From: Candidatus Lokiarchaeum ossiferum
Lineage (GTDB): Archaea > Asgardarchaeota > Lokiarchaeia > Sigyniarchaeales > Promethearchaeaceae
Length of the DNA: 32,000 nt
Direction: 5' to 3'
Assembly (NCBI GenBank): GCA_025839675.1
Contig: CP104013.1
Span: 4,530,001 to 4,562,000 of the forward strand
In this document: in pieces, positions 1 to 7,881 of the stretch
Position numbering within the stretch: position 1 is the first letter of the stretch
How the letters are laid out: every line of letters starts with the position of its first letter
Notes under the pieces: generated by a model
The model's database searches: none
The model's input: only the letters and a program-made list of their open reading frames with translations
Told to the model about the DNA's origin: nothing
Position numbers and translations under genes: made by a program

Positions 1-1425
1 AATTATCTCCTCGTTTTTCATTTCATTGAGTTCTTGTTGAGTTTTAATTCCCATCTTAAGAGCTTTTTCGGCAATTTTGGTTGCATCTATGCCCTTTCCA
101 TCATCTTCAATAATCATTAGAAAATTTCCCCGAGAAATTTTTGTTGTAATGGAAATTTCTCCGGTTGAATTTTTTCCTGCTGCTAATCGTTCTTCTTGTG
201 ATTCTATTCCATGATCCACAGAATTTCTGAGAAGGTGATTTATGACATTCCCTAATTCAGTTAAAATTTGCTGTTCAATTTTAATATTATTGTGATTAAT
301 TATGAAATTTATTTCTTTTTGCTTTTGTTTTGCTATATTCCGGACCATACGTGGAAAAATACGCAAAATTTTTGCAATCGGGAGAAGTTGAAGTTCCAGT
401 ACCGTTCCTTGTAAACTTTCCATAAAACTATGCATTTCAAAAAGCAATTCATGTACAGTTAAATCACCAAAGGTCGATAATTCTGATTCTAATTTTCGCG
501 ATCTAATAAGTAATTCCATAAACTGTCCATATAATTTGTCCAAAGTGGAAAACTCGACCTCAATTCCTTGAATTCTTTTTAAAGTGTCTTCAACTGCTTT
601 ACTAGAGACAATAGTCACATCAGTAACCGTTTTCTCTGGAAGTATCGCTTTTTTCACTTCGTCTGCTGAAAGATCCAATACTTCAACTTTTACCACATCC
701 ATGACTTCAAAAATCATCTTTTGTATTAGATCTGAAGCACTTTCAGTCTGAAAAATGAGCTTAAATTCTGTTTTGAATTTTCCTTGAAAAATAACATCTG
801 GAGTGGGATGTGAATATATGATTTTACCATACTTTTGAATCTTTTTTGTGATGATCATAACTCGGACTACTTTTGCCGGAGCTTTTTCATTCATAGTTAT
901 GGTAATTTGCTTGATCGGATTAGATCCGCACTTTTCAGGATTAAATTCTCCAAAATCCACCAGGCCATACTTAGCAAAAATATTTGCTATTTTAGTTTTC
1001 TCTTTCTCTATATCTTCTGCAGGAATCACGATTTTATTGATTTTATTCTCAATTATTTCTACCGAAATCTTTAATTTCTCACTATAATCTGTTCGATTAG
1101 CAATAGCTGTTATACCTTGATCAATAACATCCAATTCATTATAAAAGAAATCTAAAATTTCTTGACTAAATGGAACTTTTCCCTTCTGAATCATGGAGAT
1201 CAGAGATTCCAATTTATGGAAGTATTCTTCAAAATCTTTTAACTCTGATGTTCCTGCCATTCCTTTAAAAGAATGGGCTATGCGGTAAATTTCATTAATT
1301 GGCAAAGGATCTTCCAAATTTTTTTCCAGAATTTGTAATTGCTCTTCCAAAATATCAAAATATTTCTTCGCTTCATGGAAGAACATTTGTAAAAGATCTG
1401 GGTCAATATCATTGTAATTTACCAT
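1..1425 (-). CDS. cheA: Chemotaxis histidine kinase CheA, N-terminal 475 aa; the 3' end runs off the window
   Basis: Absent from the ORF track because it is open at the window edge. Hand translation from the ATG at 1425 gives MVNYNDIDPDLLQMFFHEAKKYF. It carries an HPt phospho-His motif (IAHSFKGMAG), an N-box (NHLLRNSVDHGIE, ~190-240) and a G1 box (IIEDDGKGID, ~91-120). The frame stays open to nt 1. It lies 15 bp downstream of cheY on the same strand. Confidence 0.9.
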   Translation of the reverse strand, partial: MVNYNDIDPDLLQMFFHEAKKYFDILEEQLQILEKNLEDPLPINEIYRIAHSFKGMAGTSELKDFEEYFHKLESLISMIQKGKVPFSQEILDFFYNELDVIDQGITAIANRTDYSEKLKISVEIIENKINKIVIPAEDIEKEKTKIANIFAKYGLVDFGEFNPEKCGSNPIKQITITMNEKAPAKVVRVMIITKKIQKYGKIIYSHPTPDVIFQGKFKTEFKLIFQTESASDLIQKMIFEVMDVVKVEVLDLSADEVKKAILPEKTVTDVTIVSSKAVEDTLKRIQGIEVEFSTLDKLYGQFMELLIRSRKLESELSTFGDLTVHELLFEMHSFMESLQGTVLELQLLPIAKILRIFPRMVRNIAKQKQKEINFIINHNNIKIEQQILTELGNVINHLLRNSVDHGIESQEERLAAGKNSTGEISITTKISRGNFLMIIEDDGKGIDATKIAEKALKMGIKTQQELNEMKNEEII

Positions 1426-1440
1426 AAAATATTCCTCTTT

Positions 1441-1806
1441 TTAATTTAAATCAATAATATTTTGGACGGCTTTACAAAGCTGTTCCTTTTTAAAAGGTTT
1501 TACGACAAAATCTTTCGCTCCCAAATCCATTGCTTGCATGATGATTAAATCTGAACCGATCGAACTTACGACGAGAATTTTTGCTTTCGGATCAAATTTC
1601 ATAATCTCTTCAATGGCTTCCAATCCGCTTTTATTGGGCATAGTAAGATCCATTGTAATTAAATCTGGATGATGAGATTTATATAGGGCAATTCCCTCAT
1701 CTCCTGTTTCTCCTTCTCCAACAATTTCCATTTGCAGTTCTTTTAGGATTTTTCCGACAACTTTACGCATAAATTCAGCATCATCAACAATTACAACTGT
1801 TTTCAT
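1441..1806 (-). CDS. cheY: CheY-like single-domain response regulator
   Basis: 121 aa. Receiver-domain hallmarks are present: VVIVDDAEFMR, phospho-acceptor context ITMDLTMPNKSG, and KPF near the C-terminus. It sits between cheW and cheA. Confidence 0.9.
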   Translation of the reverse strand: MKTVVIVDDAEFMRKVVGKILKELQMEIVGEGETGDEGIALYKSHHPDLITMDLTMPNKSGLEAIEEIMKFDPKAKILVVSSIGSDLIIMQAMDLGAKDFVVKPFKKEQLCKAVQNIIDLN

Positions 1807-1828
1807 CAGTACTCACTTTTATTTTTTT

Positions 1829-2302
1829 TTATGAAAAAAGGTGGTGGTTCATGTTCAATTCATAAAAAAGGGTGTGTTCATCCCATAAAACTTGCTGTAT
1901 TAGCAAACTATTTGGCATATTTTTGAAGAGAATTGGAAGTGGGAATGTTTGAATTAATCCTCTTAAGATTCTTACCTTTTTTCCAATTAAAATTCCTTTC
2001 AACAAATTCTCTTTCTTATAAATTATAATTTTTGTAAAAGAATTAACTGGTTCATCAAATCCAAGAAAAAGGGGAAAATCTAATAGTTCTACGATAATTC
2101 CGCGATAATTTATTATCCCCTTTACAAATTCGTTATGAGAGGGAATTTTTGTAATATATGGTGCTGGAATGACCTCATGGATATGCTCTAGAGGGATACA
2201 ATACGGTTGGTTTTGAATATGGAAACTGAAATGTTCTATTTGTAAGATTTGGGACACGGTTTCATCCATCTTCATTGCCTTATTATGATTCAGTTGTATC
2301 AA
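1829..2302 (-). CDS. cheW: CheW-like coupling protein
   Basis: 157-aa ORF with a CheW-type pattern (F.I..Q.Y.IPLEHI.EV, then INYRGIIVELLD). The true start may be the Met at 2275 or 2269, which would remove the 20-nt overlap with the MCP gene. Confidence 0.8.
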   Translation of the reverse strand: MIQLNHNKAMKMDETVSQILQIEHFSFHIQNQPYCIPLEHIHEVIPAPYITKIPSHNEFVKGIINYRGIIVELLDFPLFLGFDEPVNSFTKIIIYKKENLLKGILIGKKVRILRGLIQTFPLPILFKNMPNSLLIQQVLWDEHTLFYELNMNHHLFS

Positions 2303-3215
2303 ATTTCAATGTCATTCCCGAATCATTTTCTAAAAATAATTGTTTTAAGTCATCATCAAAACCATCGTGTTCTAATGATGAAGGGGTCATGATCTCCTCG
2401 TTAGGTGTGGATTCTTCCAAATTTAACGAAGTTAACAATGAATTGGTGGATTTTTTGATACTTGCAGTCAAATCCAAAATTTCTTGGGCTGCTTGATTTG
2501 TCTGTTGAGAAGTGCTAGAAAAAGTTGATGCAACGATAGTTAAATCCCTGATGGAATCGTCTATTTCCAATGTATTTTTTTCTTGGAGTGATGTAATTTC
2601 AGTAATTTCTTTCAATTTACGTTCTGTTTCAGAAACTTGTTTTTGAGATTCATCTGCTAATTTTTGTACATATTCTGCAACAGATTTTAACCCGATTCCT
2701 GCTTCACCTGCTCTGGATGCTTCAATCGTCGCATTTATTGCCAAAATATTTGTTTTATCTGCAATTCGAGATATGATGTCGGAGATCGAATCAATATTTT
2801 TAACTTCCTTACGAATATTTTGAATTCCTTGTGTTAACTCGTCGAAATTGGTTAAAATGTCATTCAATGCCTCAACTTGTTGTGTGGAACCTTTCATAAT
2901 TGCGATATGGGAACTCGCAAAATTTTCGCTTGATTGAGTGATCTTTTCGGTATTTCTTACAAGATGTTCCATAAGAGAGCTAATTAATATCCGATTCTTG
3001 CGATATTTTGTTAAAGCGATAATCGCAAACGCACTTGAAATGATTAAAATCACTAAAAGCAAAATCCAGATTTGAATATTGGAAATAATTGTGGAAAATG
3101 TTAGTTTTAGATAAATGAGTGGACCAATCGAACAAGTAAGAAAGAAGATCGAAAAATACCAGAACGATTGTGGTATATCTTTATTTTCTAAAAGTTTTTT
3201 ATAGGTTTTATTCAT
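2283..3215 (-). CDS. Short methyl-accepting chemotaxis protein with two closely spaced TM helices and no room for an external ligand-binding domain
   Basis: 310 aa. It carries the conserved MCP signalling hairpin ADKTNILAINATIEASRAGEAGIGLKSVAEYVQKLADES. TM1 (FWYFSIFFLTCSIGPLIYL) and TM2 (IQIWILLLVILIISSAFAIIAL) are separated by about 10 aa. Confidence 0.85.
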   Translation of the reverse strand: MNKTYKKLLENKDIPQSFWYFSIFFLTCSIGPLIYLKLTFSTIISNIQIWILLLVILIISSAFAIIALTKYRKNRILISSLMEHLVRNTEKITQSSENFASSHIAIMKGSTQQVEALNDILTNFDELTQGIQNIRKEVKNIDSISDIISRIADKTNILAINATIEASRAGEAGIGLKSVAEYVQKLADESQKQVSETERKLKEITEITSLQEKNTLEIDDSIRDLTIVASTFSSTSQQTNQAAQEILDLTASIKKSTNSLLTSLNLEESTPNEEIMTPSSLEHDGFDDDLKQLFLENDSGMTLKFDTTES

Positions 3216-3221
3216 AATGCC

Positions 3222-3250
3222 ATCTCTTACAATATAATTGAAATTTACTT
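3222..3250 (-). promoter_or_regulatory. 29-bp AT-rich promoter-like element, copy 1, immediately upstream of the MCP start codon
   Basis: atctcttacaatataattgaaatttactt matches 4795..4823 at 28 of 29 positions. Read on the minus strand it contains TATA-like TTATAT / TAAATTT 20-30 nt upstream of the ATG at 3215. Confidence 0.35.
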
Positions 3251-3422
3251 CTTACTGATTTATTCCTTGAGTTCAAAAATATTTTAAGAAATTTTTTGCT
3301 AATGTCATTTTAAAAATTTTTGCTCCAGTTTTCATACAAAGTCTTGCAAAATCGAAATTTCGTGTCTAAAATAAGCAAAAAAGTAAGCAAAATAATTGAT
3401 GAGCTTTGTATTGTCGCTTGTA

Positions 3423-4676
3423 TTAGAATAAATTTTCATCTTTATCCCGTAATCGATCAAAAACGGGATTTCCGTTGATAAAAACTTTGCTTATTTTGGA
3501 TCGCGTATCCAAAGGATGTCCTTCAAATAAAACAATATCGGCATCCTTTCCAACTTCGATAGAACCTACACGGTTTTCAATTCCTAATATTTTCGCACCA
3601 TTTATTGTGAGTACTTCAAAAGCACCTTGTTCTGAAAGTCCCTCACGATGAGCTATCGCGGCGTAAACGGTTTGAAATTGGAGAGGGGAAACAGGATGAT
3701 CTGAAGTTAATCCAACAAGCAAGCCCGCCTTATACAATTTTCCAAGGGTTGTCCAAGTTTTGAAACGTGTTTCAATTTTTGATCGATGGCTGAATGTCGG
3801 GCCAATTAGCGCGGGTATTTGATTTTTTAACAAATAATCGATTATCTGATGTCCTTCTGAGCAATGTTCAATGATGATATTCACATCGAATTCTTTCGCC
3901 AGCTCAACCGCGGTCACGATGTCATTTGCTTGATGAGCATGAGCTCTTAAGGGGATTTTTTTCTGAAATACATCAATCATTGCTTCATACTTCAGATTTC
4001 TTTCGGGAATGCTGGGTTCTGATAATTTTGATGATTTTTCTTTATCTCCATTGATTTCGTTTTCTTTTTGTTCTCTTAAATAGACTTTCATTTTTCGATT
4101 GTAAGCATCCCATTTAGCCATATAATTTTGAACATCCACCATAAACTGGCGAAAAACTGCAAGATTTCCCATTCGTGTATTGGGCATCTTTTTCTGTGCT
4201 CCATATACTCGTTTAGGATTTTCACCAAAAGCACATTTAATCCCGGCTTTTTGAGTGACTATCATTTTAGAAAGCAACGTTCCGTGGGTTTTAATGGTTG
4301 TCATATGTCCACCTACAACATTTGCACTTCCTGGAGCGACACAAATGCATGTCACTCCTCCTGAGACGGCTCTTCGCAACCCTCGATCTTTCGGGTTAAT
4401 TGCATCAATAACCCTTACCTGGGGGGTGATTGGATCTGTAGATTCATTTCCGTCTTGGTGAAATCCAATTTCCTCTTCGAATACAGATGCGTGACTATGG
4501 GCATCAATAATACCGGGGAAAGCGATCATATCTTTCGCATCAATAATTTCTGCACCTTGGGGTACCTCATATCCTTCTCCCACTTTGGTAATCTTGCCAT
4601 TTTCAATGAAAATATGCCCTTGATTTATTATTTTTCTGGTCACGGGAATAATTTTGTCACACAATAAAACTTTCAT
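3423..4676 (-). CDS. Metal-dependent amidohydrolase-superfamily protein; substrate unknown
   Basis: 417 aa. It has the N-terminal HxH metal motif PGIIDAHSH and a C-terminal GSIEVGKDADIVLF motif, both typical of the amidohydrolase_1 family. Confidence 0.8.
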   Translation of the reverse strand: MKVLLCDKIIPVTRKIINQGHIFIENGKITKVGEGYEVPQGAEIIDAKDMIAFPGIIDAHSHASVFEEEIGFHQDGNESTDPITPQVRVIDAINPKDRGLRRAVSGGVTCICVAPGSANVVGGHMTTIKTHGTLLSKMIVTQKAGIKCAFGENPKRVYGAQKKMPNTRMGNLAVFRQFMVDVQNYMAKWDAYNRKMKVYLREQKENEINGDKEKSSKLSEPSIPERNLKYEAMIDVFQKKIPLRAHAHQANDIVTAVELAKEFDVNIIIEHCSEGHQIIDYLLKNQIPALIGPTFSHRSKIETRFKTWTTLGKLYKAGLLVGLTSDHPVSPLQFQTVYAAIAHREGLSEQGAFEVLTINGAKILGIENRVGSIEVGKDADIVLFEGHPLDTRSKISKVFINGNPVFDRLRDKDENLF

Positions 4677-4794
4677 ATTAAGTTTAAATAGGGGATAATT
4701 ATTAAATTAGAAGAAAAAATCGATCTTATGGTTGCATTCAATTGATTGAGAGACGCATGAAATTAAAAAAGCATGTAGCCTCTTTCCAAAATAT

Positions 4795-4823
4795 ATCTCG
4801 TACAATATAATTGAAATTTACTT
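4795..4823 (-). promoter_or_regulatory. 29-bp AT-rich promoter-like element, copy 2, about 120 nt upstream of the amidohydrolase start
   Basis: atctcgtacaatataattgaaatttactt is a direct repeat of 3222..3250 with one mismatch. Confidence 0.35.
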
Positions 4824-4943
4824 ACATTTATCCTATTTTTAACGAAATAATCACTTCAAGTAAAAATGATTGGGGGGATTTTTCGTACAACTACCAATTT
4901 TCTTAAATTATGATTTTAGCCATTAACAATTGAGAAAAAAGTA

Positions 4944-6287
4944 TTAGTTTTTTGTGATTTTACCACATTCCGGGCATTGAGCTAAATTAGGATTATAATC
5001 GATCCCACAGTATAAACAAACAATATTGGGTATAATCTCCACAATTGGGGTTGATTTTGTTGTTGGATCTTGTTCTCTTATTGGGATGGTTTCTACTGTT
5101 GGTTCTTGGTCAGTTATCGGGGTGGTTTCTACTGTTGGTTCTTGGTCAGTTATCGGGGTGGTTTCTACTGTTGGTTCTTGGTCTGTTATCGGGGTGGTTT
5201 CTACTGTTGGTTCTTGGCCTTTTATCGGGGTGGTTTCTACTGTTGGTTCTTGGTCTGTTATTGGGGTCGATTTGACAATTGCTTTCTTATTTTCTTTCAT
5301 TAATTCTGAGCTTTTATTTTCATAATTTCGATTAATTGCTGAATTGGGTTGAGTTTCGGTGGATTGTGTGAATTTTTGGTTATTTAATCGTATTTGGTGA
5401 ATTGCATCATTAATTCTTGACATTTCTAACTGTGTATCTGCCATTTTATCTGATGCGTTGCTTTTCCTTGTATTTAAAGTTCTTTTTTCTTGTTCCGAAG
5501 AGAAAATTTGTTGTTCCTTAAATGATTTTGAAGGAAATACTTTGTTCGTAATTGTTGGGGTAAATTGTTCACCATTTTTTGCATGGGTAAAACCAATATC
5601 TATTAAAAGGATGCCTAAAAATAGTCCAATTGCACAAAAAATATACAATGTTGGATTTCCTCCTATATATAAGCTCAAATATAAATTAAGGACTTGAAAA
5701 TCTAACCGCTGACCATAAAATAGCAGGGGGATTCCTAATTTAAAATTCTTGTATTGATCTTGATAATTTTCCTTAATATTATATGGAAAATTCAACTTGG
5801 TTACCAGTTGAAATATAAGAATTCCCCCTAAAATATCATACCATAAGAATATGGCTCCAGAATACCAGTATACTATCGAAATTATTCCAATTACTCCATA
5901 AATTATCAACACACTTTGTTTTAATTGCTTGTGTAGGGCAGGTGCATAGATTTCTTTAATAATATTAAAATAAAATACAATATCTGGTATGAAGAATAGA
6001 GCATTGGCAAAAAACCATCCATTATTTTTGATCAAAAATCTTAGAAAATATGTTATGGTGATGTACACATAGTATATTTGCAAAAATTTGGGTCTCTGGT
6101 TTTTATTATTATGTAAAAATTTAATATATCTTTCTATAATTTCAGGTGCTTTAATGTGTGCTAAATTCATTTTTTTGACACAAATCGGAAAAATAATCAA
6201 ATTTAGAAGCCAAATTAGCAAGATTATTCCAACAATAACGTTATATATTGTAAAAGTTATAATTTCTGACCCAGAACCTCTATACAT
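4944..6287 (-). CDS. Polytopic membrane protein with a Thr/Pro/Glu-rich tandem-repeat linker and a C-terminal zinc ribbon
   Basis: 447 aa. The N-terminal ~240 aa contains multiple hydrophobic helices. Five to six copies of TPITDQEPTVET follow. The C-terminus CLYCGIDYNPNLAQCPECGK is a CxxC...CxxC zinc ribbon. Confidence 0.75.
   Translation of the reverse strand: MYRGSGSEIITFTIYNVIVGIILLIWLLNLIIFPICVKKMNLAHIKAPEIIERYIKFLHNNKNQRPKFLQIYYVYITITYFLRFLIKNNGWFFANALFFIPDIVFYFNIIKEIYAPALHKQLKQSVLIIYGVIGIISIVYWYSGAIFLWYDILGGILIFQLVTKLNFPYNIKENYQDQYKNFKLGIPLLFYGQRLDFQVLNLYLSLYIGGNPTLYIFCAIGLFLGILLIDIGFTHAKNGEQFTPTITNKVFPSKSFKEQQIFSSEQEKRTLNTRKSNASDKMADTQLEMSRINDAIHQIRLNNQKFTQSTETQPNSAINRNYENKSSELMKENKKAIVKSTPITDQEPTVETTPIKGQEPTVETTPITDQEPTVETTPITDQEPTVETTPITDQEPTVETIPIREQDPTTKSTPIVEIIPNIVCLYCGIDYNPNLAQCPECGKITKN
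5052..5267. repeat. 36-bp in-frame tandem repeat: 5 near-identical copies plus 1 degenerate copy
   Basis: The unit ggtttctactgttggttcttggtcagttatcggggt starts at 5088, 5124, 5160, 5196 and 5232. A degenerate copy lies at 5052..5087. The repeat encodes the 12-aa unit of the 4944..6287 protein. Confidence 0.95.
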
Positions 6288-6455
6288 AGTTTCACTTCCC
6301 TATAATATTTTAGCTACAAATTTAAACTACTTTTGCTCTTTTTAAGAATTCCAACAAATTTATAAACATTATCTATATATTATTGCTTATTTAAACCTTA
6401 TAGAGAATCCATCCGCAAGAATTTTATAGAGAAAAAGAATATATTCCATCTCATT

Positions 6456-6608
6456 TCAAGAAGTAATTATTTTGCGAATTAAATTAATAACCGTATATTT
6501 TAAGGTGTACCAAACGATTATTCCCCCAAATAGGCCTATAAAAATGACAATGGCTCCATAGGTTCCAATTAATCCATAAATAAACTCAAACATTAATCCT
6601 AACTCCAT
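6456..6608 (-). CDS. Possible 50-aa single-TM small protein, below the ORF-track length cutoff
   Basis: Hand translation gives MELGLMFEFIYGLIGTYGAIVIFIGLFGGIIVWYTLKYTVINLIRKIITS, with an ATG start and a TGA stop. It has a hydrophobic Gly-rich helix followed by a basic tail. It sits alone in a ~500-bp intergenic region. Confidence 0.35.
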   Translation of the reverse strand: MELGLMFEFIYGLIGTYGAIVIFIGLFGGIIVWYTLKYTVINLIRKIITS

Positions 6609-6792
6609 TAATTAAATTTGAAATAATTTGTCTCATAATCCTTACCTTATAGGATTATTCAAGTTAATAAATGTTATAGAAAAAATCTCATCCATACTTT
6701 TTGATAGTAAAAATTATGTGATAATAACTTGTTTCATAACCCATATATTAAGGCTTTGTCATAATATATTTATACCTACACAGTGATTTCCC

Positions 6793-7791
6793 ATGATTCA
6801 TCAAATATATATATTAACATCTGATTCAGGTCTTCCTCTTGTCCAAGTTGATTTTAATGAAATCCCAAATGAAGAAGCATCGAAAGATACCATTTTGTTC
6901 AGTGGAGCGTTAACAAGTATTCGATTATTCTTAAAAGAGTGTAAGATTGGGGATTTATCCAATTTCACTACCAATGATAAACAAATTGAGATGTGTTATT
7001 TAACTTACATTACTGTGGCTGTAGTTGCTGACCGTGAATCACCTTCAAAAAAAATTTTAGAAGATATTACCTCGGATATTGCAGCCATGTTTATCTCCAT
7101 TTTCAAAAACACTTTAGAAAACTTCAATGGAAATCTTTCTCCCTTTCAAGAATTCAGTGCTGAACTAAAAGATTTTGTCAATCTTAAATTGGAACAAAGC
7201 AGAGAAAAAGAAACTAAATTTCAGCCTGTTCTAAATGCTCCTGGGCAAAACTCCCACAGTATTGAAGAATGGTTAAAAAACCAATTTTCAATGGATGCTC
7301 AAATAGATACTCAGAAAGAACTTCTAATTGATGGTAAAATTCTCAAAATGGATTATATTCTTAACTCTGGATCCCGAAAATTAAATCGAATTGATAAATT
7401 TCTCGCTAGACGATTATATAAACTCGATTTCCAAGATCAAATTCTCGTTAAAATCTTAGATGTTGTGCACGGGCCAGCTCAAATCAAAGAATTTTTAACA
7501 CTGATATCTAAAATGGGGGATGTTGATGCCAATATTGATCCACCTTCTCATAATTGGTTACCTTCAAAAGTAATATTCCTCGGGCCCACTGTTCAGAAAG
7601 ATCTATTCGAAAATTTGGGAAGAATCATAAAAAATTATAAAGGAATTGCTGTAATAACACCAGAATATGTTGATCATATTCACAAAGATCATTCTCCGCA
7701 TCATGCGTTTTTACGTTGCGAAATTTCTGCTTGGCAATGGGATTTGAATCAAATTACCTCGATAAATGTTCCCAAGAAAGTTTTTCCCTAA
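6793..7791 (+). CDS. Hypothetical protein with a predicted longin/roadblock-like N-terminal domain and an uncharacterised ~200-aa C-terminal region
   Basis: 332 aa. The N-terminal pattern reads as strand-strand-helix-strand-strand-strand-helix: IHQIYILTSDSGLPLVQVDF, TILFSGALTSIRLFLKE, QIEMCYL, ITVAVVADRE, ILEDITSDIAAMFISIF. The domain call comes from pattern reading only. Confidence 0.7.
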   Translation: MIHQIYILTSDSGLPLVQVDFNEIPNEEASKDTILFSGALTSIRLFLKECKIGDLSNFTTNDKQIEMCYLTYITVAVVADRESPSKKILEDITSDIAAMFISIFKNTLENFNGNLSPFQEFSAELKDFVNLKLEQSREKETKFQPVLNAPGQNSHSIEEWLKNQFSMDAQIDTQKELLIDGKILKMDYILNSGSRKLNRIDKFLARRLYKLDFQDQILVKILDVVHGPAQIKEFLTLISKMGDVDANIDPPSHNWLPSKVIFLGPTVQKDLFENLGRIIKNYKGIAVITPEYVDHIHKDHSPHHAFLRCEISAWQWDLNQITSINVPKKVFP

Positions 7792-7847
7792 ATCTGGAGT
7801 ATATTGGATTATGGAATGATTTCCAGCAAAACATAATAAATTAAAAA

Positions 7848-7857
7848 TTTTTTTTTT
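7848..7857 (+). terminator. Oligo-T tract (T10) between convergent genes
   Basis: A run of 10 T lies 57 nt after the stop of 6793..7791. Archaeal transcription terminates at oligo-T tracts. Confidence 0.4.
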
Positions 7858-7881
7858 AACACCACGATATATCTCATTTTA

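Noticed and set aside
835-1087. Two 79-aa plus-strand ORFs (835..1074, 848..1087)
   Set aside because: They are antisense to the well-supported cheA reading frame. The translations are hydrophobic and low-complexity, as is typical of antisense AT-rich sequence.
4128-4667. Plus-strand ORFs 4128..4364, 4255..4461 and 4455..4667
   Set aside because: All lie antisense within the amidohydrolase gene, which has clear family motifs.
5052-5267. Possible CRISPR array, given the regular 36-bp periodicity
   Set aside because: The copies are contiguous with no unique spacers, are in frame inside a long ORF and encode a sensible 12-aa peptide repeat. No cas genes are present.
5026-5325. Three overlapping plus-strand ORFs (5026..5325, 5045..5275, 5070..5303) with repetitive translations
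   Set aside because: They lie antisense to the 4944..6287 gene, exactly over the 36-bp tandem repeat. The repeat simply lacks stop codons in all frames, so they are artefacts.
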